From Candidatus Moranella endobia PCIT (lineage in GTDB: Bacteria > Pseudomonadota > Gammaproteobacteria > Enterobacterales > Enterobacteriaceae): DNA of 32,000 nucleotides. The stretch lies in contig NC_015735.1 in NCBI RefSeq assembly GCF_000219175.1, forward strand, positions 60,001 through 92,000. The letters are read 5' to 3'. The position numbers and the translations under genes are program-made. Each line of letters begins with the position of its first letter. The first letter of the stretch is position 1. A model generated the notes under the pieces. That model made no database searches and was not told the origin of the DNA. It worked only from the letters and a program-made list of their open reading frames with translations. Below are positions 10,344 to 24,022 of this stretch, in pieces.

Positions 10344-12188
10344 TTAAACAACAACCAAAATACCCACAACGAACACAGTTCCTAAACACAACGATGTTAT
10401 ATACCAACGTAGCTGCCCATTTTCACTTACCGTCAGGCTATGTCCAATCCAGCGTGGCAGCCGAGCTGGAAAATTAATAATAGTTTCTAGCGGATCACGC
10501 GCCAGCCGCCGCACAATATTCATATAGGAGTTAACAAATATTCTATTATATAACTGATCGAATCCCCAGTGGTTATACCACCAGACGGTTAATAAACATC
10601 CTATTGAACTGGTGGCAAAGGTCTGTATAAGCCGGCTTTTACCGAGCCATAGGGCCATAGCCAGGTAAATACCGATGATAACAACAACGCTAGAAGCAAT
10701 TTTCATCGCCAAGTGACCTTCATGATCAAACTTGCTGGCTGGCAAGACTCCTGCTAATGGTGGCGTAATCCAGGCTACGATAAAGGTAGAACATACCATC
10801 AGTACCAACAGCGACATATGATGACTGATACTACTACAAGCTTGGGTATTGATCTTTGCCTCACCGTGAAATACGATAAATATCATGCGGAATGTATATA
10901 CTGAAGTTAAGAAGGCCCCAACCATACCAGCTAGCATTAGTAGACTATGGCCACTAGCTAACGTCCCCCATAGGATAGCATCCTTAGAGTAGAAGCTTGC
11001 AGTCACAATTGGCATCGCTGATAGCGCTGCACCACCTACCAAACAGCAAAGATAGACTAGCGGCATCGACTTTTTCAAACCCCCAATTTTGAAGATATTT
11101 TGCTCGTGGTGACAGGCAAGGATCACTGAACCTGAGGCTAAGAATAATAGTGACTTGAATAAAGCGTGGGTTATTAAGTGATGAATTGCCGCCTCCCATG
11201 CTTGCACACTAAGAGCGAGAAACATGTAACCTATTTGGCTCATGGTGGAATAGGCTAGTAAACGTTTGATATCTGTTTGCACTAAAGCGGCTAAACCTGC
11301 CAGCATAAGCGTGATCGCACCAATAATCCCCACTATGTACAACACCTCTGGCGCTAGTAAGAACAAGCCATGGGTACGAGCAATAAGATATACGCCAGCG
11401 TTCACCATGGTAGCAGCATGGATCAAAGCAGATCCCGGTGTCGGACCGGCCATGGCGTCCAGCAGCCAGTTTTGTAGAGGCAGCTGCGCTGATTTCCCTA
11501 CCGCACCGCAAAAGATCAGCAAAGTTGCCCACTTAATTGCTAAGGAGCCTTCCACCAGTTTTTTGGGTGCCAGTACCATAAGATCACTAAAATTTAGTGT
11601 TCCTAGCTGTTTATAAAGGATAAATAACGCGCAAGCTAGCAACAAATCGCCTATTCGCGTCATGATGAAAGCCTTCATCGCAGCGGTGCCATTTTTTGAT
11701 TCAGTGTAGTAGAAGCCGATCAGTAGATAGCTGCAAAGCCCAACAACTTCCCAACCTAGATACATCAGCAACAAGTTATCTGCAAGTACCAGTAACAGCA
11801 TGCTGGCGATAAATAAATTGGTATAGGCGAAAAAACGAGAATAACCATCTTCCCCACGCATGTACCAAGAGGCGTAAAGATGAATAAAAAAACCGATGCC
11901 AGTTACGACTGACTGGATCGTCAATGATAAACAGTCAAGACTAAGGGTGATGGAAATTGGTAAATTACCAACAGTAATCCAGTGCCATAGTGTTTGGGTA
12001 AAAACAGTTGTTCCTTCGCCAAACGTACTGTAAAAATTCCATCCCACCCAAACTGTAGCCAACGCCGATAGTCCAACGCTGCTAACACCAACTGTTGCCA
12101 CCATGTTTTCAGACCAGCGACCGCCAGAGAAAGCAAGTAGCAGGAAACCAACCAGGGGAAATAAGATGGTTAAATATAGTAGGTTCAT
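10344..12188 (-). CDS. nuoL: NADH-quinone oxidoreductase subunit L
   Basis: 614 aa; [54 protein letters not shown]. Confidence 0.97.
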   Translation of the reverse strand: MNLLYLTILFPLVGFLLLAFSGGRWSENMVATVGVSSVGLSALATVWVGWNFYSTFGEGTTVFTQTLWHWITVGNLPISITLSLDCLSLTIQSVVTGIGFFIHLYASWYMRGEDGYSRFFAYTNLFIASMLLLVLADNLLLMYLGWEVVGLCSYLLIGFYYTESKNGTAAMKAFIMTRIGDLLLACALFILYKQLGTLNFSDLMVLAPKKLVEGSLAIKWATLLIFCGAVGKSAQLPLQNWLLDAMAGPTPGSALIHAATMVNAGVYLIARTHGLFLLAPEVLYIVGIIGAITLMLAGLAALVQTDIKRLLAYSTMSQIGYMFLALSVQAWEAAIHHLITHALFKSLLFLASGSVILACHHEQNIFKIGGLKKSMPLVYLCCLVGGAALSAMPIVTASFYSKDAILWGTLASGHSLLMLAGMVGAFLTSVYTFRMIFIVFHGEAKINTQACSSISHHMSLLVLMVCSTFIVAWITPPLAGVLPASKFDHEGHLAMKIASSVVVIIGIYLAMALWLGKSRLIQTFATSSIGCLLTVWWYNHWGFDQLYNRIFVNSYMNIVRRLARDPLETIINFPARLPRWIGHSLTVSENGQLRWYITSLCLGTVFVVGILVVV

Positions 12189-12484
12189 CCGTGCATCTCA
12201 CTAACTGTATCGATATCCAGGGTACGGTTGAGGTGCAATTGCAACAGCAGTGCTAGGCAGATGCTGGCCTCCACGGCAGCCAAGGTAACCACTAAAATAT
12301 ACATTATCTGACCGTCTGCCTGACCCAAATAGCTGCCGGCAACAATAAAAGCCAGTGCCGATGCGTTGATTGCTATTTCCAGACCCAAGAGCATAAATAG
12401 CAAATTACGACGAATAATCATGCCAGTCAGTCCGAGTACAAACAAAATAGCAGCCAGAATGAGACCGTGTGATAATGGGATCAT
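12185..12484 (-). CDS. nuoK: NADH-quinone oxidoreductase subunit K
   Basis: 99 aa, [37 protein letters not shown]...; 4-bp overlaps with nuoL and nuoJ. Confidence 0.97.
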   Translation of the reverse strand: MIPLSHGLILAAILFVLGLTGMIIRRNLLFMLLGLEIAINASALAFIVAGSYLGQADGQIMYILVVTLAAVEASICLALLLQLHLNRTLDIDTVSEMHG

Positions 12485-13029
12485 ACTTGATCCTCCCCTT
12501 CGGTAATCTTGGTTACCTGGTATAGGGGCAAGTTACCTCGATCTTCGCGGCCCAGATGGAACGCAACTACCAGCCCAGCTAATAGCAACATGGAAGCAAG
12601 TTCCACAGCCAAAACATATGGACCGAATAGCTCAATGCTAACGGTTTTAGTCGTAATTAGTTCACCCAAGATGCCGTGATTGCCGGTGCCAGCCAGCGCA
12701 CGGACCAATATTGCAAGCTGCACCAGCGCCAAAATCGACGGTCCGAGCCAGAACTGAGGACGAAGCAGCAAGGCATATTTATTCTTTTCGTGACTGCCGC
12801 TTACATTAAGCATCATTACCACGAAGACAAACAATACCATTATAGCACCAGTATAAACGATAATTTCCATAGCTCCGGCGAGGTAGGCACCTAATGAGAA
12901 AAATACCCCAGCTATAGCCATTAGCGAAATAATTAAATACAAAAGAGCATGTACCGGCTGGGTATGAGTTATCACGCGTAAAGTAGCTAGCACCGCCACC
13001 AAGCCGGAAATATAAAATGCAAATTCCAT
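12481..13029 (-). CDS. nuoJ: NADH-quinone oxidoreductase subunit J
   Basis: 182 aa, [75 protein letters not shown]. Confidence 0.97.
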   Translation of the reverse strand: MEFAFYISGLVAVLATLRVITHTQPVHALLYLIISLMAIAGVFFSLGAYLAGAMEIIVYTGAIMVLFVFVVMMLNVSGSHEKNKYALLLRPQFWLGPSILALVQLAILVRALAGTGNHGILGELITTKTVSIELFGPYVLAVELASMLLLAGLVVAFHLGREDRGNLPLYQVTKITEGEDQV

Positions 13030-13043
13030 GCCAGTATCTATCC

Positions 13044-13586
13044 TTAAGGTAGCAAGTTTTTTACGTCAATCGGTTTAGTCTCTTTTTCCGCCTCGCCTTT
13101 GTTTTTGCCAGTGATCGCAATACCAGTCATGCGGTAGAAATTGTATTCTGGATATTTACCAGGCCCCGAAATCAATAAATCGTCTTTTTCATACACTAGA
13201 TCCTGTCGCTTGAATTCACCCATCTCGAACTCTGGGGTTAGTTGAATAGCAGTGGTTGGACAAGCCTCTTCGCAAAGACCGCAGAAAATACAGCGGGAGA
13301 AGTTAATACGGAAGAATTGTGGGTACCAGCGACCGTTTGTGTTTTCTGCTTTTTGCAGCGATATACAGCCGACCGGGCAAGCAACCGCGCACAAGTTACA
13401 AGCAACGCAGCGCTCATCGCCGTTAGGATCACGTGTTAACACGATTCTACCACGGAAACGGGACGATGTATTTACTGGTACGTCCGGGTACATGCGCGTT
13501 TCACGTTTATTAAAAGCTTGCATTCCAATCATCCAGATGCTACGCAGAGTGGTCCCACAGCCAATCACTAAATCTTTTAATTTCAT
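13044..13586 (-). CDS. nuoI: NADH-quinone oxidoreductase subunit I (two 4Fe-4S clusters)
   Basis: 180 aa; two ferredoxin motifs, [15 protein letters not shown] and [15 protein letters not shown]. Confidence 0.97.
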   Translation of the reverse strand: MKLKDLVIGCGTTLRSIWMIGMQAFNKRETRMYPDVPVNTSSRFRGRIVLTRDPNGDERCVACNLCAVACPVGCISLQKAENTNGRWYPQFFRINFSRCIFCGLCEEACPTTAIQLTPEFEMGEFKRQDLVYEKDDLLISGPGKYPEYNFYRMTGIAITGKNKGEAEKETKPIDVKNLLP

Positions 13587-13604
13587 TATTACTCTAACCC
13601 TTAA

Positions 13605-14546
13605 TTAAGGCGTATTATACAAGATGATCGCTGCGGTCGCTAACAGGTTAAGTAGCGTCAGCGGTAGACATATTTTCCAGCCTAGTACCATCACCTGGTC
13701 GTAGCGTGGACGGGGTAAAGCCGCGCGTATCAGGGTAAACATCACCATAAAGAACATGGTTTTTACAACGAACCAGAGAAATGGTGGTAACCAAGATCCC
13801 TGCCAACCACCAAAGAACAGCGTCACCATCAGTGACGAAATAGTGACGATACTGATATATTCGCCGATGAAGAACATGCCAAACTTCATCCCAGAGTATT
13901 CGGTGTGGTAACCAGCAACCAGCTCTTGCTCTGCTTCCGGCTGATCAAATGGATGTCGATGACATACAGCGATACTAGCCAAAGAAAAAGTTATAAAACC
14001 ACAGAATTGCGGTACCACGTTCCACAGGTGCGACTGCGCATTAACGATATCACCCAGATTGAAAGAACCAGTCTGCGCTACCACGCCCATCATAGACAGA
14101 CCAAGGAATACTTCATAGCTTAGCGTTTGCACTGAGGCGCGCATAGCCCCTAACAGGGAATATTTGTTATTGCTCGACCAGCCGGCAAATAGCACAGCAT
14201 AAACTGCTAGCCCAGCCATCATCAAAAAGAATAGTATGCCGATATTGAAATCGGCCACTACCACGGTTGGACTAATTGGCACAATAGCAAAGGTAATTAG
14301 CATTGATGTAAAAGCGATAACTGGTGCTAATATAAAAATAACACGGTCGGCGAACGGAGGTATCCAGTCCTCTTTAAAAATGATCTTCAATACATCGGCT
14401 AACAGCTGTAACGAACCTCCCCACCCAACGCGATTAGGGCCATAGCGATTTTGAAATAAACCTAACAGACGCCTTTCGATAAAGCTCATGTAGGTACCAC
14501 AGGTTACTACCGTAAGTAGAATGAATACTACCTTTATCCAACTCAT
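13605..14546 (-). CDS. nuoH: NADH-quinone oxidoreductase subunit H
   Basis: 313 aa; [65 protein letters not shown] overlap with the nuoG stop. Confidence 0.97.
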   Translation of the reverse strand: MSWIKVVFILLTVVTCGTYMSFIERRLLGLFQNRYGPNRVGWGGSLQLLADVLKIIFKEDWIPPFADRVIFILAPVIAFTSMLITFAIVPISPTVVVADFNIGILFFLMMAGLAVYAVLFAGWSSNNKYSLLGAMRASVQTLSYEVFLGLSMMGVVAQTGSFNLGDIVNAQSHLWNVVPQFCGFITFSLASIAVCHRHPFDQPEAEQELVAGYHTEYSGMKFGMFFIGEYISIVTISSLMVTLFFGGWQGSWLPPFLWFVVKTMFFMVMFTLIRAALPRPRYDQVMVLGWKICLPLTLLNLLATAAIILYNTP

Positions 14547-17284
14547 AGTGTAGCAACCCGCAGATCAAAAACGTGCTGTCCTGCAAGGATCGGTGGAATA
14601 CCAGGCAATCCCAGCGGTAAACCAATTTGACCCTGACTTAGGTGATTGCTAAACCGTACCGGGAGACGTAATTCTAGACCATCACAGGTGAATGCAAGTA
14701 ACGTACCACTGTCAACACCTATTTTAGCAGCGTCATCTGGGTTCAACATAACATATGGTATTGGCATCCGTTCCTGGATCACAGGAGAATGCTGCGAAGT
14801 CTCATCACTGCCGAATAGGTGCCAATAGGGAGCAATCAGCCAACTACCGTCCTCGGCCTGAGTGAAAGCGTCCGGAATATTACTGAAGTAGTCCAGCAGT
14901 ACCTCACCAGCTTCAAAAAGCCTCACTCCCGGGTCACCGTGGCATAAATGACCGCCTACTTCATTCTGAAATTTGTTCCAGGCCTGTGGTGAGTTCCAGC
15001 CAGGTGCCCAAGCAAAAGCCACATGTTGGCGGGGCGCTTTAGTTGCATTGTTACCCTCCATGGAGAAGGAAAACATGGTATCATGATCCTGTGGTGCGCG
15101 CTGTTCATGCACATTAATATTGGCCAGCATAGCAGTTCGTCCGCTGTAGCAGTGTGGCGCCCGCGCAAGTTTCTGGCCATGAATGCGAAAGCTAGCTTCC
15201 GGTGCAGCGGACTTGATCCCAGCCAGTTGTGGTAGTGCCTTTGCCGCTGCATCGATAATATGGTCCAGCTGCGTCCAGTCAAGCTGGTGGCGGTTTAGAT
15301 AAGCCGATTGCAGCGAATGTAGCCAGCGCCAACTTTCCCGTATGATTACTTTATCATCATAGTATGAAGGATCATAAACCTGAAAGAAGCGCTGCGCGCG
15401 ACCTTCCTGATTAATTAGTGTACCGTCACTTTCGGCAAAGCTAGCCGCAGACAGGATAAGATGTGCCTTATCGTGTAGTGCAGTATATTGGTGATCCAAC
15501 ACAATAAGGTTATTAACTTTGGCTAACGCCGCTTCGATGCTCGCAGCTGGCGCATGGCGATAAAGATCATTTTCCAGCACGATAACACTATCCGCTGCAC
15601 CCTGCTCCAGGGCATTTAGAGCATCATCCAGTCTACCACCTTCCATCATTGCTAGACCCATGCTGTTGGCGCTAGCGGCGATAAAGCTAATACCAACATC
15701 TTTACCAATACTTCTCAAGGCGCGGGCAACATTAGCGGAAGCGGCGATCACCGCTTCGCTTCCAGCATGGCTACCAGAGATAATCAGCGGCTTGCGTGCG
15801 CTGGCTAGCGCCAGCACCACCAAGTTTATTTTGCGCTTGAGCCATGCATTCAAGCCAGTTACAGCAGGCGCCGTTTCGTCCAGCGCATGAGCGATAGCAA
15901 AACCAAACCGCGCCTGATCATCCACCGGAGCGCAATAGCTCCAGGTAGCAATATCATCCAGGCTAGTTTTGTCAACATTAGTAACAAACAGCGGATGCTT
16001 AGCATTTTGGCCGATATTACTGATGGCGGCTATCTGCCAATCTGCAAATTTTTGAGCTGCGGCCATTTCCCTTGCCTTGCCTTTCACGGCCTGACGTACC
16101 GCCAGTGCGGCGCGCGCTCCTGTTTGAGTCAAGTCCTCCCCAAGCACAAGTACCGCATCGTAATTTTCTATTTCACGTAATGATGGTGTGCGGATGCCGC
16201 CATAGCGCAAAACATTAATTATCAGTTCCAACTGGTTGTGTTCACCGCCTGCTACACCATTATAGAAATTCTCTGGACCTACTAGTTCGCGCAGAGCGAA
16301 ATTGCTTTCGATACTTGCTCGTGCAGAGCCGATCCCTATGATTTTGCTTGCCTGGCGCAGCGCAGCAGCGGCGCTATGCATTGCCTGGTTGGCGTTGAGC
16401 GCAATCCAGGTGTCGCCGCGCCGCTGCAGTGGTTGACGTGGACGTTTTGTTAGATTGACGTAGCCGTAGCCGAAACGTCCGCGATCACACAGAAAATAAT
16501 GGTTGACGCTGCCATTATAGCGGTTTTCAATTCGTCGCAGTTCTCCATATCGTTCACCAGGGCTGGTGTTACAGCCAATACTACACTGTTGACATATGCT
16601 GGGGGCAAACTGCATATCCCATTTACGGTTATAGCGCTCAGAATGAGTTTTGTCGGTAAAAACTCCTGTCGGGCAGATTTCCACCAGATTACCAGAGAAC
16701 TCACTCTCCAGCACTCCTTCATGAGGACGGCCGAAATAAACATTGTCATGGACACCATACACGCCAAAATCGACGCCGTCGGCGTAATCCTTATAGTAGC
16801 GGACGCAGCGGTAGCAAGTGATACAACGGTTCATGTCATGGGAAATAAACGGTCCCAAATACTGATTGCGATGGGTGTGCTTAGTAAAGCGGTAGCGACG
16901 AAAATTATGCCCGGTCATAACCGTCATATCCTGCAAGTGGCAGTTACCACCCTCTGCACAAACGGGACAATCATGCGGATGATTAATCATTAACAACTCT
17001 ACTACCATTTTGCGGAACTGTTGTGCTTCATCATCAAAGATAGAAATAACAAGACCATCAGTGGCTGGAACCATACAGGACATTACCAATTTGCCCCTAG
17101 TATCATCGGAGTTTTGGTATTGCTTGACAGCGCACTGTCGACAAGAACCGACGCTACCAAGCGCAGGATGCCAGCAAAAGTAAGGAATATCGAGACCTAG
17201 AGATAGACAAGTTGCCAATAAATTATCAGATTCGTTAACCGCGTATTCTTTACCATCTACATTAATGGTAGCCATAATAAGCAT
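14543..17284 (-). CDS. nuoG: NADH-quinone oxidoreductase subunit G
   Basis: [112 protein letters not shown]. Start chosen at 17284; the track starts at 17308. Confidence 0.96.
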   Translation of the reverse strand: MLIMATINVDGKEYAVNESDNLLATCLSLGLDIPYFCWHPALGSVGSCRQCAVKQYQNSDDTRGKLVMSCMVPATDGLVISIFDDEAQQFRKMVVELLMINHPHDCPVCAEGGNCHLQDMTVMTGHNFRRYRFTKHTHRNQYLGPFISHDMNRCITCYRCVRYYKDYADGVDFGVYGVHDNVYFGRPHEGVLESEFSGNLVEICPTGVFTDKTHSERYNRKWDMQFAPSICQQCSIGCNTSPGERYGELRRIENRYNGSVNHYFLCDRGRFGYGYVNLTKRPRQPLQRRGDTWIALNANQAMHSAAAALRQASKIIGIGSARASIESNFALRELVGPENFYNGVAGGEHNQLELIINVLRYGGIRTPSLREIENYDAVLVLGEDLTQTGARAALAVRQAVKGKAREMAAAQKFADWQIAAISNIGQNAKHPLFVTNVDKTSLDDIATWSYCAPVDDQARFGFAIAHALDETAPAVTGLNAWLKRKINLVVLALASARKPLIISGSHAGSEAVIAASANVARALRSIGKDVGISFIAASANSMGLAMMEGGRLDDALNALEQGAADSVIVLENDLYRHAPAASIEAALAKVNNLIVLDHQYTALHDKAHLILSAASFAESDGTLINQEGRAQRFFQVYDPSYYDDKVIIRESWRWLHSLQSAYLNRHQLDWTQLDHIIDAAAKALPQLAGIKSAAPEASFRIHGQKLARAPHCYSGRTAMLANINVHEQRAPQDHDTMFSFSMEGNNATKAPRQHVAFAWAPGWNSPQAWNKFQNEVGGHLCHGDPGVRLFEAGEVLLDYFSNIPDAFTQAEDGSWLIAPYWHLFGSDETSQHSPVIQERMPIPYVMLNPDDAAKIGVDSGTLLAFTCDGLELRLPVRFSNHLSQGQIGLPLGLPGIPPILAGQHVFDLRVATL

Positions 17285-17381
17285 GCTCAGGTGAGATCCA
17301 CTCATCAAAGTGGGCGTTAATTAAAAATGTGCTAAGAGGGGGCAGCAAAGCACTTGCTCTATCTTGCTAGATCTGCCCGAT

Positions 17382-18731
17382 TTACCAACGCAATTGTAAT
17401 AGATTAGGCTGAACGCCAGCGATGGCGCGGACATTATTAAATAAATCGGTTCTGATGCCAGCTTCAAATTCGGCGCGAAAATATTTAAGCGCGCTTTGCA
17501 GCGGCTCAACTGCTCCAGTAGCATGGGCGCAAAAAACTTTGCCAGGACCAAGGAAGCGGCATAGCTGATCAATAGTTTCAATATCGCCCGGCTGACCGTG
17601 ACCGTTTTCTAGAGCACGTAGCAGTTGGACAATCCAAGGCAGTCCATTTCGGCATGGCGTACACCAACCGCAAGATTCACGAGCGAAAAACTCTTCAAGA
17701 TTGCGTGTTAATGAAACCATGTTTATTTTATTGTCCACAGCTATTGCCAACGCGGTACCGAGCCTACTACCAGCCTTTAAGATGTGCTCAAAGTCCATCG
17801 GTAGATCCAAATAATCCGGTGGAAGAAAGTCGGTTCCGGCACCACCTGGCTGCCATGCTTTCAAGGTCAATCCATTGTGCATGCCACCGGCGTAATCCTC
17901 TAGGAGCTCGCGCGCGGTAATGCCAAATGGCAGCTCCCAGACGCCAGGATTTTTTACTCGTCCAGAGAAACCCATCAACTTAGTACCAGAGTCGATGCTA
18001 TTACTGGAGGAAAGACCTTGATACCAGTCAACTCCATGCTCTAAAATTGCGGGCAAATTACATAAGGTTTCGACGTTATTAATACAGGTTGGTTTGCCCC
18101 AAGCACCGGCGCTAGTGGGAAATGGTGGTTTGGAGCGTGGATTAGCACGCCGTCCTTCCAGCGAATTAATGAGCGCTGTTTCTTCGCCGCAGATATAGCG
18201 ACCAGCACCAGTGTGGATGAGTAGTTCTAAATCAAAACCGCTACCCAGAATATTTTTGCCTAACAAGCCTGCATCTGTTGCCTCGGCAATCGCGCGACGC
18301 AAATGCACGGCTGCTGCAATATACTCACCGCGCAGAAAAATATAGCCACGGTATGTTCTGAGAGCAAAGGAGGCTATCAACATACCCTCTACTAACAGGT
18401 GAGGCAACTGTTCCATGAGTAGACGGTCTTTATAAGTACCAGGTTCCATTTCATCAGCATTGCACAGCAAATAACGAATGTTAATGGCTGGATCTTGTGG
18501 CATTAGGCTCCACTTCAAACCAGTGGGAAAACCAGCACCGCCGCGTCCTTTCAAGCCTGAATCTTTCACAATTTTTATGATATTGTCCTGCGCAAGACTA
18601 CTCAGTGCCTTGCGCGCACCAAAATAACCATTTTTACTTTGATATTCTTCTAACCACACCGGCTGCTGATCATCACGAAGCCGCCAGGTTAACGGGTGTG
18701 TTTCTGCTAAGTTAACAATAGGTTTGTTCAT
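17382..18731 (-). CDS. nuoF: NADH-quinone oxidoreductase subunit F (NADH/FMN binding)
   Basis: 449 aa; [47 protein letters not shown]. Confidence 0.97.
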   Translation of the reverse strand: MNKPIVNLAETHPLTWRLRDDQQPVWLEEYQSKNGYFGARKALSSLAQDNIIKIVKDSGLKGRGGAGFPTGLKWSLMPQDPAINIRYLLCNADEMEPGTYKDRLLMEQLPHLLVEGMLIASFALRTYRGYIFLRGEYIAAAVHLRRAIAEATDAGLLGKNILGSGFDLELLIHTGAGRYICGEETALINSLEGRRANPRSKPPFPTSAGAWGKPTCINNVETLCNLPAILEHGVDWYQGLSSSNSIDSGTKLMGFSGRVKNPGVWELPFGITARELLEDYAGGMHNGLTLKAWQPGGAGTDFLPPDYLDLPMDFEHILKAGSRLGTALAIAVDNKINMVSLTRNLEEFFARESCGWCTPCRNGLPWIVQLLRALENGHGQPGDIETIDQLCRFLGPGKVFCAHATGAVEPLQSALKYFRAEFEAGIRTDLFNNVRAIAGVQPNLLQLRW

Positions 18732-19252
18732 CGATATTGCTCAAGCAGAGAGCCAAGACATTCCGGCGTCAGATGTACGTGGGTATCTTCATTCACAAGC
18801 ATAGTTGGACCCTTGTCGCAATTACCTAAACAACAGATTGGCAGCAGTGTGAACTTACCGTCAGAAGTTGTCTGACCAGGCTTAATATTCAATAACTGCT
18901 CAAGAGCAGCTTGAATTGCCTGATAACCATTAATATAGCAGACGACACTATCGCAATACCGGATAACGTGGCGGCCGACCGGCTGACGGAAAATCTGACT
19001 ATAGAAAGTTGCTACATCTTCAACATCACTGCCGGAAATGCCTAGCAATTTGGCAATGGCAAATATCGCCCCATCTGGTACCCAGCCGCGATTTTTCTGA
19101 ACAATTTTAAGCGCTTCTATCGAAGCGGCGCGCGCATCTTCGTAATTTTGCTTTTCATGCTCAATTGCTTCTTGCTCATCGCTACTAAGCTCGAATATTT
19201 CGGTTGAGATGTCTAGCTCTACTGCCGCATGCTTTGGAATATGTTGTTGCAT
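18728..19252 (-). CDS. nuoE: NADH-quinone oxidoreductase subunit E (2Fe-2S)
   Basis: 174 aa; [13 protein letters not shown] and [12 protein letters not shown] ligand motifs; 4-bp overlap with nuoF. Confidence 0.96.
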   Translation of the reverse strand: MQQHIPKHAAVELDISTEIFELSSDEQEAIEHEKQNYEDARAASIEALKIVQKNRGWVPDGAIFAIAKLLGISGSDVEDVATFYSQIFRQPVGRHVIRYCDSVVCYINGYQAIQAALEQLLNIKPGQTTSDGKFTLLPICCLGNCDKGPTMLVNEDTHVHLTPECLGSLLEQYR

Positions 19253-19257
19253 AATCT

Positions 19258-21048
19258 TTATCGGTCCACATCAGACATCACAAAATCAATACTGCCTAGA
19301 TATGCGATCAAATCAGACAATAGACTACCGCGTATTACCGAGGGAATCTGTTGTAAATGAGGAAAACTAGGGGTACGAATGCGTGTCCGGTAACTCATCG
19401 TGTTACCATCACTGGTTAAATAATAACTATTGATGCCCTTGGTGGCTTCAATCATTTGAAATGATTCATTAGCTGGCATCACTGGTCCCCAGGAAACCTG
19501 GAGAAAGTGCGTAATCAAAGTTTCTATGTGTTGCAACGTGCGCTCCTTTGGTGGCGGAGTTGTTAGCGGATGGTCTGCCTTGAATGGCCCCATCGGCATA
19601 TTGTTCAGACACTGTTCAAGAATACGTAGACTTTGGCGTATCTCTTCCAACTTCAGCATAACACGACTGTAGCAGTCGCTTATGCCATTGCCAATTGGTA
19701 CTTCGAAGTCAAAATGTTCATAACCGGAATAAGGGCGCCATTTTCGCACGTCGAAATTGATACCAGTCGCGCGTAGCGCCGCGCCAGTAACCGCCCATTC
19801 TAACGCTTCTTTTGCGCCGTAGGCGGCAACGCCCTCTGTACGAGCACGTAGAACACTGTTCCTCAAAGCTACTTTGACATAGTTATCCAAACGTTTTGGC
19901 AGCCAGTCAAGACATTCACGCAGCAGAACTTCCCAACCACGCGGCAGATCTTGCGCTACACCACCGATACGAAACCAGGCTGGATGCATACGAAAACCAG
20001 TAATCGCCTCGACGACATCATAAATTTTTTGACGATCTGTAAACATCAGAAATACTGGCGTCATACCACCTATGTCCTGAATATAGGTACTAATATACAG
20101 AAGATGGCTATTGATGCGGAATAGCTCAGATAGCATCACCCGTATTACGTTAACGCGTTCTGGTACTACGATACCAGCTAACTTTTCTACTGCAAGTACG
20201 TACGGCATTTCATTGACGCAACCACCTAGATATTCGACACGGTCAGTATAGGGAATATAGCTATGCCAGGATTGTCGCTCACCCATCTTTTCGGCACCGC
20301 GGTGGTGATAACCAATATCTGGCACACAATCAACAATTTCTTCGCCGTTAAGCTGCAAAATGATGCGGAAGGCGCCGTGGGATGAAGGGTGATTTGGCCC
20401 AAAATTGAGGAACATACATTCCTCGTTACCATTGCTGCGCTTCATGCCCCAATCTTCAGGCTTGAAAATTAGCCCTTCCATCTCCAAATCTGCTTGTTGC
20501 TTAGTGAGAATAAAGGGATCAAATTCAGTAGCGCGTGCCGGGTAATCTTTACGAAGTGGATGTCCAGTCCAGTTTTTCGGCATTATGATGCGTGTTAGGT
20601 GCGGATGGCCTTCAAATGTTACGCCAAACATGTCCCAGGTTTCGCGCTCATACCAGTTAGCATTAGGGAAAATATTGGTGCAGGTTGGTAGACGCAAATC
20701 TTTTTCCATTAGCGCTACCTTTAACATAATATCGCTATTACGTTCAATAGAAATCAAATGATAAAAAATAGTAAAATCTGCTGCTGGTAAGCCATTCCTG
20801 TGGGTACGCAGGCGCTCGTCTACCCCATGCAAGTCATATAGCATAACATATGGTTGCGGTAATGTTTTCAACAAAAGCATTATACAAATGATTTGCTCAC
20901 GCTTAACCCAAACTACTGGAATACCGGTACGAGTAGGTTGCATACTGATCAAACCAGAACCGAAATGTTTATGCAACTCGCCAAATACTGGATCATCTTT
21001 ATGATCCGGTATTTGGTAGTCTGAATTATGCCTTATCGATGCTATCAT
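19258..21048 (-). CDS. nuoC: NADH-quinone oxidoreductase fused subunits C/D
   Basis: 596 aa; NuoC-type [21 protein letters not shown] joined to NuoD-type [16 protein letters not shown]...[33 protein letters not shown]...[11 protein letters not shown]. This is the gammaproteobacterial CD fusion. Confidence 0.97.
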   Translation of the reverse strand: MIASIRHNSDYQIPDHKDDPVFGELHKHFGSGLISMQPTRTGIPVVWVKREQIICIMLLLKTLPQPYVMLYDLHGVDERLRTHRNGLPAADFTIFYHLISIERNSDIMLKVALMEKDLRLPTCTNIFPNANWYERETWDMFGVTFEGHPHLTRIIMPKNWTGHPLRKDYPARATEFDPFILTKQQADLEMEGLIFKPEDWGMKRSNGNEECMFLNFGPNHPSSHGAFRIILQLNGEEIVDCVPDIGYHHRGAEKMGERQSWHSYIPYTDRVEYLGGCVNEMPYVLAVEKLAGIVVPERVNVIRVMLSELFRINSHLLYISTYIQDIGGMTPVFLMFTDRQKIYDVVEAITGFRMHPAWFRIGGVAQDLPRGWEVLLRECLDWLPKRLDNYVKVALRNSVLRARTEGVAAYGAKEALEWAVTGAALRATGINFDVRKWRPYSGYEHFDFEVPIGNGISDCYSRVMLKLEEIRQSLRILEQCLNNMPMGPFKADHPLTTPPPKERTLQHIETLITHFLQVSWGPVMPANESFQMIEATKGINSYYLTSDGNTMSYRTRIRTPSFPHLQQIPSVIRGSLLSDLIAYLGSIDFVMSDVDR

Positions 21049-21107
21049 AATTACTGTTATATTTAATTTATCTAGTAGTAGCTAAAGCTAACATACGTAT
21101 CCGCAAA

Positions 21108-21782
21108 TTAGATTTCTTCTGGATTACGTAGATGGGTAACATTGATACGCTCACCATACTTACGTTGACGTTCCGAATCTATATTTGCACGGTATATGCC
21201 CTGATCACCAACCACCCAGGATAACGGACGACGTTCTTTGCTGATAGAATCTTTAAGTAGCAGTAGCGCTTGAATATATGCCTCAGGGCGTGGCGGACAT
21301 CCTGGAATATATACATCTACTGGTAGAAATTTATCTACTCCCTGTACTACGGAATAAATATCGTACATACCACCGGAATTGGCACAAGCTCCCATGGAAA
21401 TAACCCATTTGGGTTCCAGCATCTGGTCGTACAAACGCTGGATGATGGGAACCATCTTCGTAAAAGGCGTTCCAGCTACTACCATGAAATCTGCCTGCCG
21501 CGGTGAGGCACGTATAACTTCAGCTCCAAAGCGAGCAACGTCATGCACAGCGGTAAAAGCAGTAGTCATTTCAACATAGCAACAAGATAAACCAAAATTA
21601 TAGGGCCAAAGCGAATTACTGCGTCCCCAGTTCACAGCATTGTGCAGCACACTCTTCAACTTGCTTAAATAAACACTACTTTGAACATGTTGTTCCAGCG
21701 GATCTGCCACAATTTTCTCCTTTTGCAAAGGATATCGTTCATGGTTGCCTTCTGGCTCAGCGCGGGTGAGGGTGTAATCCAT
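21108..21782 (-). CDS. nuoB: NADH-quinone oxidoreductase subunit B
   Basis: 224 aa; [52 protein letters not shown]. Confidence 0.97.
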   Translation of the reverse strand: MDYTLTRAEPEGNHERYPLQKEKIVADPLEQHVQSSVYLSKLKSVLHNAVNWGRSNSLWPYNFGLSCCYVEMTTAFTAVHDVARFGAEVIRASPRQADFMVVAGTPFTKMVPIIQRLYDQMLEPKWVISMGACANSGGMYDIYSVVQGVDKFLPVDVYIPGCPPRPEAYIQALLLLKDSISKERRPLSWVVGDQGIYRANIDSERQRKYGERINVTHLRNPEEI

Positions 21783-21794
21783 TTTACAACCTCG

Positions 21795-22244
21795 CTATGA
21801 CTGATAAAAAGATTGTGAATTGCCAATTGGACATACTGAACGCCCTAGGCGCAACAACCTAGATCGTTCCGGCGTCCAATCAAGTGCACCAATACCAATC
21901 AAGTAAAATAAACCAGACAAAAGAATAACAATAAAGATTGTTGCCTCAATAAAACCAATCCAGCCTACTTCACGTACCGCAATGGACCAGGTATATAAAT
22001 ATAGTGCTTCAACGTCAAAAATAACAAAAAACATCGCTACTAAGTAGAATTTGGCGGGAAAAAGCAATCTTGCGGTTCCAAAAGGATCAATCCCAGATTC
22101 AAATGGTATGTTTTTTGTTCTTGCCTGGGCACGTCCACCTAGCAGAGAACCTAAAATGAGCATAACCGTACATAATCCAAACGTACTCAGAAAGAATATG
22201 ATAACAGCCCAAGAATGAATGTTAATAACTGTAGTTAGAGACAT
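21795..22244 (-). CDS. nuoA: NADH-quinone oxidoreductase subunit A
   Basis: 149 aa; [52 protein letters not shown]. Confidence 0.97.
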   Translation of the reverse strand: MSLTTVINIHSWAVIIFFLSTFGLCTVMLILGSLLGGRAQARTKNIPFESGIDPFGTARLLFPAKFYLVAMFFVIFDVEALYLYTWSIAVREVGWIGFIEATIFIVILLSGLFYLIGIGALDWTPERSRLLRLGRSVCPIGNSQSFYQS

Positions 22245-22289
22245 TTTATGTTACCCATGTCAAATGACAATTTGAAGCTTATTATTTAA

Positions 22290-22306
22290 CATTAACAATG
22301 TTAATG
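22290..22306. promoter_or_regulatory. Palindrome upstream of nuoA, candidate operator
   Basis: CATTAACA-A-TGTTAATG: perfect 8-bp arms with a 1-nt centre, starting 46 bp upstream of the nuoA start codon. On the minus strand it reads TGTTAATGTTAAAT, loosely similar to an ArcA-type box. Regulator assignment is speculative. Confidence 0.25.
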
Positions 22307-22854
22307 GTAAAAAAACTAATCTAAAAAAACATAATAAATGTGTAAACTAGCAATCGTTCGTCTAATTTTACTAATGTAACGAACAAAGACTATTAAAGCA
22401 GACTATAAATATTATTCTTACACTTATTTTTAACTAGCAGTAGATAAATTTTACGTTGAGTACTTTAAGTAGGTATCTAAAATAACTGTAGGTGGAATTG
22501 ATTGGCTACTGGGGACGAAGTCAGATAACGTTAAGCGAATAGTACTCCACGGTTAATATGCTAGCTAATACGCAGCATATTTTATTTCTGTTTGCCGTTT
22601 TAACCCTACCTAACTAAATATACCAGTCGAACTAGGTTAAAGACAAGTGGTTAACCTGTCCTCTACCAATTAAAGTTGATGGTTGATGAAAGATAAAAAT
22701 TTTGTTTACATAGATTGTATTTAGAACTTTACTTAAAAAGTTTTATTAAGACTACCTATGTCTTAGACGTCTACTACATTAGTAGTATTTTAACATGATG
22801 TACGAATATGTCAAGGTTACTATTTCTAGTGTTTGATACTTTAGGTAAATATAA

Positions 22855-23934
<1,080 letters not shown>

Positions 23935-24022
23935 ATAATATGTATCTAAACATAGAATAATAGTCCGAGCAAATATAGGCTTTGCCGGCGGGATATAGTT
24001 TTGTTAATAAAACGTATAGTGT

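Noticed and set aside
11209-11532. 107-aa minus-strand ORF inside nuoL
   Set aside because: It is an alternate frame on the coding strand of full-length nuoL; the nuoL product is continuous and conserved across it.
13242-13608. Plus-strand ORFs of 65 and 118 aa antisense to nuoI
   Set aside because: They lie wholly antisense to the well-conserved nuoI, have no recognisable domain, and look like shadow ORFs of coding DNA.
14956-16993. Several ORFs of 60-164 aa overlapping nuoG on both strands
   Set aside because: Full-length NuoG explains the locus; the others are shadow frames without recognisable motifs.
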